A stretch of DNA of 63,592 bases, filler included, from Octopus bimaculoides (Eukaryota), in the NCBI RefSeq assembly GCF_001194135.2. It is 5 parts of 5 records of this genome, joined end to end, with 100 filler letters (N's around TTAATTAATTAA, not from the genome) between each part and the next. Parts side by side here need not be neighbours in the genome. Positions count along the whole stretch, not along the records: positions 1 to 31,274 come from NC_068983.1; 4 more parts are not named here. One strand, given 5' to 3'. The notes under the pieces were generated by a model. It ran no database searches. It saw only the letters and a program-made list of their open reading frames with translations, and was not told where the DNA came from. A program made the translations under genes and the position numbers. Below are positions 1 to 13,767 of the stretch, piece after piece. Positions within the stretch are counted from its first letter, which is position 1, and every line of letters begins with the position of its first letter.

Positions 1-364
1 ATTGATGTTTCAATACCAGCAGATGACAACGTTTCTCTAAAAGAAATGGAAAAACTTTCAAAATACAAAGACCTGGAAATAGAGATAACTCGAATGTGGA
101 ATCTAAAAACAGAAACAATTCCTATCATAGTAGGTGCCTTAGGTATAATAAAAAAATATTCAGACAAATACATAACAAAAACACCAGGACTTACAAATAT
201 ATATAACATACAGAAAATTGCACTACTGGGTACTGCACACATTCTACGCAAAACACTTTCAATACAGTAAACATAAGAGCACCACAGCAAACCACAGCAC
301 ATACCCAAGGCGCACAGAGCTGCGCTCGGTAGTGAAGTGAAAGCACGTTATAAAAATAAAACTA

Positions 365-367
<3 letters not shown>
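1..367 (+). mobile_element. R4/Dong-type non-LTR retrotransposon, lineage A, 3' end (RLE C-terminus + 3'UTR)
   Basis: IDVSIPADDNVSLKEMEKLSKYKDLEIEITRMWNLKTETIPIIVGALG...LLGTAHILRKTLSIQ* (stop at 270) is typical of the restriction-like endonuclease end. (AAT)n follows at 368-397. A near-identical 3' end occurs on the minus strand from 43511. Confidence 0.9.
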
Positions 368-397
<30 letters not shown>

Positions 398-400
398 CCC

Positions 401-633
401 TTAAAGTGAAATTGACATGAGAGCAGAGCAAGCCCAAAAAACTGCTTTGCTGGGGACAGCTAGGGTTTTGAAATTGATACTTGGATGTTGAATGTCTCCC
501 ATGATAATTAACAACCAAGTATCAAGGTTTGTAATGTGTAGAAAGAGACCCTGTGAGACTTCTGACAGCAGGCTGCTATCCGCTGTCACAGAATCTACCA
601 GAACAAACAAGAGCAAACGTTCTGAGAAGTAAA
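401..633 (+). mobile_element. R4/Dong-type 3' fragment, lineage E
   Basis: QAQKTALLGTARVLKLILGC* motif, then a different 3'UTR, then an AAT-rich tract (~636-659). Confidence 0.7.
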
Positions 634-664
634 ACAATAATAGCAATAATAATAATAATCTTTC

Positions 665-830
665 CAAAAGTTGAGCTGCAATTTCACAGATTTTTCTTTC
701 TTCTGTCACTGCTCTGTATTTCTTCAGAATGATGCCATCTACATCAACTACCATAGTGTCTATTATAGTAATGTCACCTGCCTATGCCAATACAGCTCTC
801 CATTGTTGAAGTTGAAATTGGATACCTTAC
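665..830 (-). mobile_element. Degenerate L1/Tx1-like RT fragment
   Basis: AVLA*AGDITIIDTMVVDVDGIILKKYRAVT resembles the decayed YADD region of Tx1-type RT. Confidence 0.45.
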
Positions 831-1184
831 AACATTTCCATTTTCCATAGTGATGGCTCAAGTGTCAGTACATGAGTACACAATTTAAAATAGTTCTAAT
901 TAGTAACCATTTAATTTGACCATTTAGCAGATGCCAGTGTACGTGGAAGTCATTCAACCTATGGAAACTGAACTCAAACCAACTGTTCTGAACAGCGAAG
1001 GACATCCACCAAATAATAATGGTTGGTTGTATTGAAAGCTTTTGATTGAGTCAAATTTACAAGAGCCCCACAAAATTCATAATCTATGTGAAAAAATGTA
1101 AATAAAAAATAATGATGGATCCTCCATTAGTTTTGCAGATGAGCATTTGATAAATCATTAACTGACTCAGTACATCTTCATCAT

Positions 1185-1640
1185 CATCTTGTAATGTCTG
1201 TTCTCCATGCTGGCATGGGTTGGACAGTTTACCAGCTCAAGGACTGTCCTGGTTCCAGTTGTCTGTTTTGGCATGGTTTTTATGGCTTGATGCTCTTCCT
1301 AATGCCAACCACTTTACAGAACATGTTGGGTGCTCTTTACATTGTACCAGCTTGCGCACTTTCCTGTGGCACTGGCACAAGCACTTTTATGGGTGCTTTT
1401 CTCTGGCACTAGCATGGATATTTTTACGTGGCACCAGCTCCCACAAGCCTGCAAGTCTAGTATCTCTTAGCTGAAAGGGAGATGAAGAGGACATGCCTGC
1501 ATGCATGAACAGCCATGATTTTATTTAGTTTGGCATGTCTTCTCAAGCACAGCAAATTGCCAGAAGTCTTGGTCCCTTATCATCTCCTCTATGAGGCCTA
1601 GTGTCTGAAGATCCTTTCTCACCTCTTCATTCTATGTCTT
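1185..1640 (-). mobile_element. RTE-type LINE 3' tail or tail-sharing SINE
   Basis: (CAT)n tail and GATGCTCTTCCTAATGCCAACC motif; inverse homolog at 21885-22157. Confidence 0.65.
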
Positions 1641-2781
1641 CCTGAGTCTGCCCCTTTCACACAAATAAATGAATTACCAAGTATTCCACAGATATGTGAT
1701 ACCCTTAATATAATCCTCAGGCTAAATTGGTGATGAAAATATGTGACAAAAGCATATGCATTCTAAATAAAAGGCTGAACTTTGTTCCTGAAAAGACTGG
1801 ACCTTTGAATTACAAGTATGATCTGACTGACAGGCTTCTAGACAATTTCTTCCAAACCCAGTTTCACTCATAAGGCTCAAGATTATGGTAAGGGATATCT
1901 TCTCAAGATGCTATGAAACCAAACCCAGACCCTTGTGATTGCAAAGCAAACTTCTTGACCACTCAATTATGCTTGTAAATAAAAATATATGCAGTCTAGC
2001 AAAAAGGTTGGACATTACTTCTGAAAACTCATGCATAAAACAGGAAAGGAATATATGGACCAGAGAAGAATGAATACATCACTATGTTACATGTATTTTA
2101 CAGCTACACTCTTCCCCAAAATGAGACTGCTACAACTTACATACATAATATCTGGATAAAACATAATTCTGATATAGAAATAACTTTGGATTTCAACACA
2201 TTCAAATAATTTAAGTAGATATACACTGACAACTTGAAAGATACCAGCTATAGAAATAGAATACATCAAATAAAGAACACATAACAAAAATACAAATAAT
2301 AAACAGAAAACAAACACAATTGCAAAGTAGGAGTCTCTACACAGTTAATAAACAACAACCAAGTTTCCCTTAAATCACTATAAATGCAAAAAAGACAGGG
2401 TGGTCACAGTCAGAAAACTTTTGATCAAAGGTCTGTTTGATCAAGGTTAACTTGAGACTGAACAATAGTGAAAATAAAATATAAAAAAAAAAAAAACATT
2501 AAAACTCTTGTGTTTGAGAATGTAAATCACAAAGACAGAAACCTAACAAAAACAAGATAAATAAAGAAACAAACAAAATCAAACCCCAGATTACTCGTAA
2601 ATTACTGTCAACAAAAGCTGAACAAGATCTATATACATGAAAATATATGGACACATATGAAAAGTGTGAATATGAAAATGAGCTAAGAGTTGAATGTTCT
2701 AAATCTGAAAAATTTGAATATGACAATAATCTAAATGTGTAAATACTTGAAGATTTAAAATAAATAGAACAAATTGTTAAT

Positions 2782-3005
2782 GGATTTGAAGTGTACTCAT
2801 TCCGACTGCAGGGCCTCAACAGAGTCCTGCGTGATAGCTTTTTGTCACTACCTCCCCGTGCTGGAAGTGAGTAATTTGTGCACCTGCTGTCTTTATTGAA
2901 TGTGGTAGCTGTTTAGCATGCTCCCTCTATAGAATCAGACCCTGATTCCTCATTACCTGTTGCCACCATAATTGGTGCTTACCGGGGCTGTTGACAGTTG
3001 ATAGG
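2782..3005 (-). pseudogene. 18S rRNA gene fragment (5' domain), decayed
   Basis: Reverse complement reads cctatcaactg...gaggaatcagggtctgattctatagagggagcatgctaaacagctaccacattc...cagcaggtgcacaaattactcacttccagcacggggaggtagtgacaaaaa...ggaatgagtacacttcaaatcc, collinear with universally conserved eukaryotic 18S sequence. Confidence 0.9.
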
Positions 3006-3052
3006 ATTGACTCACAGGGGGACCAGTCTTGCAAAGGCCAGTCAATCTTAGC

Positions 3053-3464
3053 TTACTCTTTTACTCTTTTACTTGTTTCAGTCTTTTGACTGTGACCATG
3101 CTGGAGCACCGCATTTAGTCGAGCAAATCGACCCCAGGACTTATTCTTTGGAAGCCTAGTACTTATTCTATCGGTCTCTTTGGCCGAACCGCTAAGTTAC
3201 GGGGACATAAACACACCAGCATCGATTGTCAAGCGATGCTGGGGGGACAAACACAGACATACAAACACATACACACACATATATATATATATATATACAT
3301 ATATACGACAGGCTTCTTTCAGTTTCCGTCTACCAAATCCACTCACAAGGCTTTGGTCGGCCCGAGGCTATAGTAGAAGACACTTGCCCAAGATGCCAGG
3401 CAGTGGGACTGAACCCGGGACCATGTGATTAGTAAGCAAGCTACTTACCACACAGCCACTCCTA
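3053..3464 (-). mobile_element. tRNA-derived SINE family B (CORE-like), full length, with internal CA/TA microsatellite
   Basis: A/B-box head (tggctgtgtggtaag...ggttcagtccc), cttgggcaagtgtctt CORE-like motif, gagtaaaa tail. Partial copies at ~1770-1975, 19020-19180, 26835-26985, 28585-28650, 32890-33055, 60225-60350, 61795-61930. Confidence 0.85.
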
Positions 3465-4384
3465 CGCTTGTGCATCTTTTTATTATAATTTCATTCACTT
3501 TTAGGATATATCATATGAATCACCCCCAATACATGAGCAGTACTTCATTTTATTGACTCTGGTTGGATAAAAGACAAAGTTGATCTGCTGGAGATTTAAA
3601 CTCATAGCTAAATATCACAACCAATTCTGCCAAGCTAATGCCTTTATGTCTTCAGCACCAATAAAAGTCCCTCTTGTTAATAAAACTTAATGGTTAAGTA
3701 ACAACAACAATAAAAAATGAAAATTTGGCCATCCTAGATATTCTTGAAACAGATTCAAGCATCGATATCAACCAAAATAAATTGACTAATCTATGTGGAA
3801 GCTACAGCAACCATAACACTTTGCAAATTCCTGGTATATAAACATCTAAACTCAAACTAACAAAACAAAACAAACATAAAGGAAAAACAAAATATAAAAT
3901 AAAAGATCCCTCGATCATTAATGATATCAAAATACAGAGAAAGTGGAAGATATAATACACATCAACCAGTAGATGTATATTTAACGTATATCTAGAGGTC
4001 AAAGGGCTTATGTTGCACAAGACATAAATTTTGTTCATTAACGGCCATAATTTTTCACATCAAATTATCATCTGACTGGAAAGTTCTGTCAGTGGAAGGG
4101 ACTACTATTAAATTCCAGACAAATTGAGTGGTCAGCTAAAGACTCTCTCTCTCTCTCTCTCTCTCTCTTGCACCCACACACACTCACACACAACAAAAAC
4201 ACACACATATATATATAGACACACATATATATAGAGACACACACGCAAGCACTCACACACACACAAAACACACAATTTGATTTAATATTGAGTTTAATTT
4301 CTGATTCTTAATGTCATCTTCCATTGTAACCTTATGATTTCTTTTGTTGAGGAACAAGCTTAATTATAAAAATATGGTAAGCTA

Positions 4385-4625
4385 TACATACATACATTCA
4401 TTCATACATACATACATAAATACATACATACATACATACATACATTCATTCATACATACATACATATATGTGTACACATGTACAAATGTACATATGTACA
4501 CACACTTATACAACCATACATACATACATGCATACATACATGCATACATACAAACATACATACATGCATACATACATGCATACATACATACATACATTCT
4601 TACATACACATACACATACATGGTA
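4385..4625. repeat. (CATA)n-type compound microsatellite
   Basis: Direct reading. Confidence 0.95.
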
Positions 4626-4639
4626 ACATGATCATCATC

Positions 4640-6870
4640 AAAAGACAATTTGAACTAGTCATAACATTCTCATGAGACATAGGAATGAAGTTTAGGCAAG
4701 TTACATGCTCATACATGGTAGTCAACCAAAGAAAGATTGTTGACCAGATGGAGACATGTACATCAATGGCTTGTCTATCTCCTCATCACAAATGGTGAAA
4801 AATACAAGCGTCTCAGAATCAATAAGAATGTTGCATATATTGGTACTGTGACTATAGCCAGAATATCAAAAGAAAACTTCTGTAGACTCCAGTACATATG
4901 GAACTCAGCGCTGTCTGCACTTAATAAGACTGTATCTTACAATGCTATTGTAGTGCCATAGCTAGTACCAGCACTTGGGATACAGAATTGGACACTTGAA
5001 AAAAAAAGAATCTGGACATCAAAACTAGAAAGGTACTGACCACTACTGGTGACTTCTACAATAACAGCAACACTAATAGGATCTATGTGAGATGAAGTGA
5101 TGGCAGTAGAGGCATAAGGTCAGTTCAAAAGGCCTTTGAATGTTATATTCTTTCATCACATTGTATCACTCAGATAACACCTGCTGAACAGTAAAGAAAG
5201 AAATGAATACATTCCATGCATACTCAAAAGTGAGAGCTACATCTTCTGGGTTGGAGAACTACTGTAGGAGGGGGTACCCAAAGTAACTAGAAACATTCTC
5301 TGTGCAACAAGCCCATGGCAGTTCAGGTTTCCGCTGTTAGAAACTACTTGATGCAACCCTCAAGTATCAATCTGCCAACTGACATCATCAGGTGTAGTTC
5401 TACTGCCACGTGGTGCATCTTTGTTTTGCAGTGCTTCTCCCCTGCTTGTTTCTGTGAAATTCTGTTTTCTGCTGGGGAAAACAGCAGCCGAAACAGTTGT
5501 CATTCTTCAAACAGCTTACAATGACACTACCATGAGCAAAACACAAGTTTATGAGTGGTTTCCATGGTTTAGGAATGGTCACTTGTCACTTGAAGATCAA
5601 TTTCCTTTAGGATGACTGTCAACCTCCTGAACAAATAAAAACTTCGTGAAAATTCATGAACTGATCTTGGAGGACTGTCACTGAACAATTGATGAACCTA
5701 TTGATATGACTGGTGTGTCCTGGAGCTCCTGCAAACGAATTTTGAGCAAGAAATTGCGAATAAAAAAAGTTGTAGCAAAATTTGTGCCTCATTTGCTCAT
5801 GGAAGATCAAAAGCAGTCACAAATGGATGCATGTTGTGAACTGAAAGAATAGTTGGAAGTTGATTTGGACCATTTTTTGAAGGTCATCATTGGTGACCAA
5901 AAACTGGTGCTATGGAATTTGCAGATGTGGAAGAGGTGAAGAAGAAAATGATGGAGACGTTAAAAGGCATCACTTCACAAGAGTTCCAACACTGCTTCGA
6001 ATCATGAAAAATGTGCCTGGACCCATGCATTGCTTCAAATGGAGAATACTTTGAAGGTGATAAAAGTGTAAATATATAAAACTAAATGAATAAAATAATA
6101 TTTCAAAATTCTGGTTTCTTTTGGGTAACCCCTCATACAAGTACTTTGAGAATACAACTGTTTCATGTGATCCAAATGAGGCAGGGCTGGCCTATTTAAA
6201 CAGAAGCTTAAAGGAGAGGCAGGTATCATACCAGCAAAAGGCAATGCATGGGCCATATACCATAAGCTAGAGGATAACAACAACACTGACAGCAAGAGTA
6301 GCCTCTCTTGGACCTGTGGTAGATACATTACATCCCACCTTGATGGATATACCTTCACTATCCAAAAATAGGAGATAGCTACTAAGTACCTAATAAACAA
6401 GAGGGACAAAGATATTACCAAACCTCCATGTTGTGATAGAAAATGTTAGCTCTGCTATACCGGGGTGGAAGCTATCACCCACATCATCAACAGCTACTCC
6501 AAAATGTCTATGAGATACTGCCTGCCCCTGAGGCATGATATAGTAGCAAAGACTATTTGCAATGCTATCCATAGGAAGGACTGCTCTGATATAAACATCA
6601 AAGGCATGTCAGAAGCAGCATGTATTCACTCCTTTAAAAACAAGGAATACTGGTGGAACACTCCAATAAAAACATCAGTTTGGTGCAACATAACAGACCT
6701 GATATTGTTCTGTGGGACAGGGAACAAAAGATATGCACTGTTGTGGAGGTCAACTGCCCAATGGATGTGAATGTACCATCTCAAGTGCAGGAAAAAGAGA
6801 TTGGGTGATGAAAGTATGTTGACATGACAAAGAAGCTGAGGTGAGAGAACAGTGAGAGAAAGAGAGGTAA
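4640..6870 (+). mobile_element. R4/Dong-type lineage B fragment (late RT to CCHC/RLE), interrupted by a mariner
   Basis: Homologous to 45873-47270, 56190-59150 and 61985-62600. C-terminal motifs EAITHII...LPLRHDIVAKTI and WWNTPIKT lie after the mariner. Confidence 0.8.
5265..6137 (+). mobile_element. mariner transposon, internally deleted
   Basis: TIRs TAggagggggtacccaaagtaactagaa / ttctggtttcttttgggtaacccctcaTA with terminal TA. Transposase remnants GKTAAET...MSKTQVYEWF and KKVVAKFVPHLL. Confidence 0.9.
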
Positions 6871-6897
6871 GAGGGGGGAACAGTGGAAGAATGGTGG

Positions 6898-6931
<34 letters not shown>

Positions 6932-7603
6932 GAGAGAGAGAGAGAGAAAGATAAAGCAGTGAAAGAATGAGAGGCAAAAGAGTATCCTCCATCTCAGCAT
7001 GTTGCTGATTATTATAGTTCTTTTGTTATTTCCTTTGTAAGGTTCAGCATCTTGAAACTCATTTTCATTACTTTGTCCCATGTTTTCTGGGTCTTCCATT
7101 TCCTCAAGCACCTTCTGATTTCAGTGTTTGGCTCTTTTACCTGAAACTGTTACCATTCGTACTCATCATATATCCAGACTAACAAGTGTACATGTACATA
7201 TTTACATGCATAAGTGTTAATGTTCGGCTTGTTAAATTAAGAAGTATTCAACATGCTGGTTGAATAAACTGCTACAGACAAAATTTTAAAGCTCCAATCA
7301 ATCCAACATGTATAACACACACACACACACACACATGCAAATATATGTGTTAAGTTTGAGCATTTTGAGGGTGCACAATGTGCTGTTAATATATATTAAC
7401 AGCTAAGATATTTTAATATACACGATATTAAACATTCCGTCTCTGTAAACATCAATTTAAAATTGAAAACCCTTGACAGAATGTGACACAGATGTCTATT
7501 TCTTGCTGCGTGTGTTTGTGAATTCAGATATCTATATACATACAAAACTGCATGCATACATGCTATAAATGTAATATATACATATAGACATGCATACATA
7601 TAG

Positions 7604-7605
<2 letters not shown>

Positions 7606-7671
<66 letters not shown>

Positions 7672-7675
7672 ACAC
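7606..7675. repeat. (CA)n microsatellite
   Basis: Direct reading. Confidence 0.95.
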
Positions 7676-7880
7676 ATGTGTGCTGTCAAACAGAATCCAA
7701 AGAGATGTGTATTGATCTGCATTGGCAAAACTTGCATTATTTAGTAAACTAGACAAAAAGAGTAGAGTGAAATTGCTGTGGGGAGTTGAAGCACCAATGC
7801 TATGGACAGAGTCCTTCTTCATAGAAAAGTTGACAGGGGTGACATTAAAGAGAGGTAGTAGAGTTTTACATCCTCTTAGT

Positions 7881-8179
7881 CAGTGGTCCTCAACCATTTT
7901 TTTATCTATGGACCCCTTTGATTACTATTTTATTTTTATTCTGGTGGACCCCCATGGCTATTTGATGCTTTTAAACAAGTTTTATTGATACTTCTGATGA
8001 AATTTCTCTTCTGTTTTCACACATTCACTAGTGCAGCTGATTCTTGCAATAAATAAATATAGAGCAAATTTTTTTCAGAGACCTCTAAAATACTACTGTG
8101 GATCTTCAATTTACTGTAGACCCTCAAAAATCTTATATGGACTTGCAGGGATCATATGAATCCTGGTTGAGAACCACTA
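7881..8179. mobile_element. hAT/Charlie-like MITE
   Basis: TIR cagtggtcctcaacc ... ggttgagaaccacta with ggacccc subterminal motifs; no TSD seen. Confidence 0.7.
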
Positions 8180-8480
8180 CTGGTTGCAGCTGATGAAAAA
8201 GGCTGGACCATGGGTGCTTCATACACAGACAAGAGGTAAGAAGAGAGAAAAACTGGATGAGAAAGGTAGAAGGAAAGAGAAATAAAATGAGGAGGAGAAG
8301 CAGGCAATAGCAAGAATGAGGTGAAGGGGAAAAAATGAGATGAAAGGGGAGTCAAAGGATAAGAAAGGGATTACTGAGGAGGTGTAGAAGAAAGAAAAAC
8401 ATTCATTTAAACCTGTTGGTGACATAGTACCAAGTTTGAATATTAAAAGTTGTTCAGTACATTTCCTTGATTATGTGGAT

Positions 8481-8738
8481 CAGTGTTACTCAACCTTATT
8501 TTTGTCTGTGGACCCCTTTGATTCCTATTTTACTCTACTGGACCTCCATTGCCATCCAATGTTTTAAAAAATCCTATATTTTTAGCATTAAATATTATTA
8601 GGAACTGCATAAAAAAGTTGTTAAAATATTTTATGCCTTATCGATGTATAACCAATTTATTGCACATAAATTTAAACAACAAAATCTTATATGGACCCCC
8701 CAACCAAGGGCCATATGGAACCTGATTGAAAGCTACTG
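8481..8738. mobile_element. hAT/Charlie-like MITE, related copy
   Basis: cagtgttactcaacc ... gattgaaagctactg; shares ggacccctttgatt with the 7881 copy. Confidence 0.6.
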
Positions 8739-8934
8739 TAGCTCTATGATGTATGGAGATGCTATGCACTGATAAGTGAGTGCTGGAATGACCTGCTGTG
8801 TGGCAGTGGGTAGTGACTAGTTGGCCTGGCATATGTAGTATTACGTTTCAAATGTATTCCTGAAAGGATTGGCAAAGTATCTGCCAGTTTCCCCACCCAG
8901 CATAAAGAACACTGCAAAGTTTGTATATGAGGAT

Positions 8935-9142
8935 TTCAAGTTTTGGCACAAGACCAGCAATTTTGGGGAAGGAGCTAAGTCAATTAGATCGACCCCCAGT
9001 GCTCCACTAGTACTTACGTTACCAACCCTGAAAGGATCAAAGGCAAAGTTGACCCTAGCAGAATTTGAACTCAGAACGTAAAGGTGTATGAAATGCTGCT
9101 CAGCATTTTACTCAACATGCAAAGAATTTTGCCAGTTCACCT
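8935..9142 (-). mobile_element. tRNA-derived SINE family A
   Basis: Reverse complement of the 36361 copy; a divergent partial + strand copy lies at ~9265-9380. Confidence 0.8.
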
Positions 9143-9439
9143 TAAATTTTCAATTTCATACAATATATAAGATTGAACAATGTGCAACATATGTTCTAGA
9201 TAATGTAATATTGTGACATAGGCCCAGTAATGGTCATAGTGTTGTTAATATAGGAGCAAGTGGAAGGTGGCAAGTTGGCAGAATTGCTAGCATGCTGGAT
9301 GAAATGCTTAGCAGCATTTCTTATACTTGACTCACCCCCACCTCCTCCGAAATTGCTGGCCTTGCACCAAAATTTGAAACCAGTATAGAGGCAGGTGTTG
9401 CATTCTCAGCAGGCTCATATAAAAGTGTTTGGTTGCATG

Positions 9440-10040
9440 CAGTTGGGCATTGTGATACTTCTTTCTAGAAGGTTACTGAGGTTCCTGCCTTTCTGGAAGG
9501 CAAGCATAAGTAGTGTAGGAAAGACTGGGGCAGTAGAATTTGCAAGTAGTGAAGGAATTTATCTTTCAATGGAAGGAAAGTTAGGAAGAAGGTGGAAGAG
9601 AATGGAATGTAGTCTCTAGACCTGTGTAAAGAGAGTAAGAGCACAGTGGTGTGGTCAATGACATGGGTCTAGTGAAGTGCAGGGTCAACAACTGATTGAA
9701 GTACCCTCAATTCAAGAAGAATTATTGCAATCTGTTACACTGGGGTACTGTAGCATTGAGTACTGGCATCAGGTGGAAGCTTAACCCAGTGATAGACTGG
9801 TATTTTGTGCAGGGTGAGACTGTTGTCTTCACAGTTCTTGAGCGAGTTCGAGCTGGTCACTAACAAAGTGAAAAGATTTTTTGAGTTTAGAGAGTCTTTG
9901 GTATTTGTAAATATGTGGTTGAGTTTGCGTGTTGGTTGAACTGTTGACACATACACCCAAGTGTGCATCTATTCACATAAGAATCTCAAATGGAGAATTT
10001 TGGGAATGTCTTACAAGTCTTCACTGTACTACTGATAGAT
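9440..10040 (-). mobile_element. Penelope-like element fragment, decayed
   Basis: FPTLLMLAFQKGRNLSNLL resembles the PLE RT-to-GIY-YIG linker; upstream residues are weakly collinear with the PLE at 52-53.7 kb. Confidence 0.5.
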
Positions 10041-10072
10041 TGGATTTGGAGAAACCACATCATGTATGCATG

Positions 10073-10104
<32 letters not shown>

Positions 10105-11129
10105 TGTATGTATGTATATGTATGCATGTATTATGTTTGGGTATATGGGTATTTTGAAAATACCTAAGTGATAACTGTGCCCTGCATAGTTATGGGAAAG
10201 GCATAGCACCTGGTTAGCCACCCTGCTAGGGATACAGTGAAATCATGGGACTGCAGCACTGCAGATTGTGAAGAGGTAGCAGAAGAGGCTCAATTGGGCT
10301 AATGGTGCTTCACACATTGATACTAAACCTCGAAGGTCAGTGGTCAAGATCACCAATCTCTATCAAGAGAGTAACTGTGACACATCCATAGGGGTGGTGT
10401 CCATGGTTGTGTAATCAGCTAATGAAAGATTCACTATGACTCAAGTTCCCAATTCGAATTCATAATAATGGAATTGGATGATGACTGAGAGTCATGGGAA
10501 TTCCCAAAAGCAGTGAAGAATATGTATGTATGAATGTATGTATGTGTTGCAGGTTTTCTCTCAGAGTTTCCCTCTCCTAGAGAGATATTGTGATAACAAC
10601 AAAGGAGCCTCCCGCTCCCACTGGGCCACCCACTCACCTGGACACCAACACAGGTATTTCCAAGTCCCTATGCATGCATACATACATACATACACATATA
10701 CACATATTGTTGGATGGCAGTTGACTGCTCATGAGCTCTTCAACCCTTTGACAGGTCTTATTTTTTGTCCTGCAGAATGTCCAACAATCACCATCCTCAT
10801 CAAGCAAGCTTGATGAAGTTGCCAGTTTAGTCATTGATGATGATGTAGATTAGTTCTTCTTTTCGAGTTTATGTTGACTATGTTCAGGGAGTGGGGTTGG
10901 ATTTGTGCAAATCCTTTCCCCACTATAAAAAGCCATTATGCATGGGCATCGCTTGCAAAAAAGAAAGTAAGACTGACCACAAAAATGGCTGGTCATAGCC
11001 TTCACATATGTGGGACTTTCGATCAGGCGATAGCAATACTCGAACCCGAGTTTGTAGCCATCATGTATGTATGTATGTATGTATGTATGTATGTATGTAT
11101 GGCATGCCCACTTGCTTGCCTGTCTATCT

Positions 11130-11515
11130 TTGGCATAGGCATGGCTGTATGGTAAGAAGTTTGCTGCCCAGTTACACGATTTTGGCTTCAGTCACTGCAT
11201 GGCAACATTGGTAAGTGCCTTTTTACAATAGCCTCAGACCAACCAAAGCCTTGTGAGTGGATTTGGTTGAGGAAACTAAAAGAAGCCTAGTGTATGTCTG
11301 TTCATTTGTCTTTGAATTTGTGTTTGTCTCTCATCACTGCTTGACAACCAGTGTTGGTTTGTTTACATCTGTGTAACTTAGCAGTTTGGCAAAAGAGAGC
11401 CATAGAGTACGTACCAGATTTAAGAAAATAATTGCTGGGGTCAGTTCGATTGATTAGATCCTTCAAGGTGGTGCCCCACATAATCGCAGTCCAAAGAAGA
11501 AAATAAGTAAAAGGT
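11130..11515 (+). mobile_element. SINE family B, decayed
   Basis: Collinear with the reverse complement of 3053-3464 (aaagccttgtgagtggatttgg; gtaacttagcagtttggcaaaagag). Confidence 0.8.
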
Positions 11516-11956
11516 AAAATATATGTAAAAGATATTTCCTTTAAATCATGTACCAGAAGTTAACATTTTTCATTCCTTTTACTGCAAAGATTTAAATATG
11601 TGTCATATCCCAAGCAATTCATAATTTACATGAACATCATTGAGTACTTTTAGTGAAAAACACCTTTCTAATACAGATTGCAGTATACTCTATTGTATCT
11701 GTACATGTCATGTTCTTGTACTTCTATGCCTAGGAAATAATTTCTGTGTTAAGTACTTTCATTTCAAAAGTTGAGTTTCAACAGTTGAATATGGAATGTG
11801 TCTTTTTTTCTGTACAACCATCAATTTCAAGGTGTTTTGTACCTCATCCCATATGACTGATAACCTTATACTGATGATCAAAGTCACTTATCTTTTACAG
11901 AGTTTCTGATGAAACATAAAATTTTCAGAACAGGAAGTTCTGTACCAGTATGGAAT

Positions 11957-11959
<3 letters not shown>

Positions 11960-12014
<55 letters not shown>

Positions 12015-12082
12015 ACACACATATATATATATACATATATATATATTCCTTAGATTGTATGAATCAGAAGTGTGTGTACATC

Positions 12083-12128
<46 letters not shown>

Positions 12129-12269
12129 AGGATTGCTTCAATATTTCAGGGGATAGTTAAATCCGAAGGCACTCCTGGAGATCACTTGTGTGGGTACTGT
12201 CTTGTTAAAAGGTATCCAGAGGCAGGTAACTTATCGTTTAAACCGCAGTTTATAATTATAATTCTCCAC

Positions 12270-12321
<52 letters not shown>

Positions 12322-12704
12322 ATATATATATGTATATATACATATATACATATGTATATATAATAACTAGACATAACTGATTTTAAAAGGCATCTTCAAA
12401 TTTGTCTAATTGAAGTATTTATTTACTGAGAACATTCTACAACTGATTACAAATTAAATAGAGCAAAGATCAGTATCTATTTGAAATAAATAGACTGAAA
12501 GAGTGAACCTTGGAAATTCTCATTTAGAGAAAATGTATGTATATTTGACTTATAATGACACTATATTTGTACACATGCACACACATACATATTCATTGAT
12601 AGATGGATGGACAGATATATATACATTGGAGTTTAAGTTCAAATCATTTGAACACTACTATGTGTTTTCTATACTGAGCATATCTAGCTCTCACCTATTG
12701 TTTG

Positions 12705-12742
<38 letters not shown>

Positions 12743-13160
12743 AGGATATGTATGTATATATATATGTATACATATATGTATATACATATATATATACATA
12801 CATATGTATGTGTATATGTGTGTACATATTTGTATATGTATATTTATATATATAGATTAATATATATATATATATATANNNNNNNNNNNNNNNNNNNNNN
12901 NNNNNNNNNNNNNNNNNNNNNNNNNNNNNNNNNNNNNNNNNNNNNNNNNNNNNNNNNNNNNNNNNNNNNNNNNNNNNNNNNNNNNNNNNNNGATACAGAG
13001 ACAGAGGCTGAGAGTGGGCGAGCAAGAGACAGATACACACACACACATGCACATTTGCAATATGCATGAATATATGTATGTATACACAAACCTATACAGA
13101 TGTACTTTCACACAATCATAACACACACTTACATGTGCACACACACACACACACGCAGAC
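11960..13160. repeat. CA/TA compound microsatellite field with N gap (12879-12991)
   Basis: Direct reading. Confidence 0.9.
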
Positions 13161-13767
13161 ATACACACAACTTTCTATGTACATAATGACCATTATGATA
13201 GTGTACTTGAACAAGTGATAGAAATAATAATAATGTCTGACTAGATTGTTGGTAATGAGAGGAGAGAAATAATATTATGTGTTGTGGAGTTGGAAATGTA
13301 TTTATTTCTCATCTGATTAACACTAGAGATCTGGGGAGTTAAACACCAGTCTTTGGAGACACTTTGGATGGTAAATACAGCTTTATTGATATGTGTCTGC
13401 CAGGGCAGAAATGAAGTATATACATTAAGTTTGTTGATGTTGAAGATGAAAGATGAGAAAATGGTGATGATGGTGGTGGTGGTAGAAGTTATGATGATGA
13501 CGAGGAGGAGGAGGAGGATTGTGGTGGTGGTGGTGGTGGTGGTGGTGGTGGCAGAAGTTATGAGGAGGAGGAGGTGAAAAACAGAGGTGATGTTGTTGGT
13601 GGTGTTGATGATGATGACTGCTGATGTGTCCTCATATTAACATGAGAGATATTGATGTGAGATTTTGAACTACCAATAATCAGACAATTAGACTAAGACC
13701 CAAAATATACACCTTAATTTCACTATCAATATAGTCTTGTGCGCGTGATATATTATAATACTGAATA

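Noticed and set aside
6626-7140. Minus-strand acidic ORF (MLEEMEDPENMGQ...)
   Set aside because: Runs into a GA microsatellite and an R4 relic; weak splice signals; no recognisable homology
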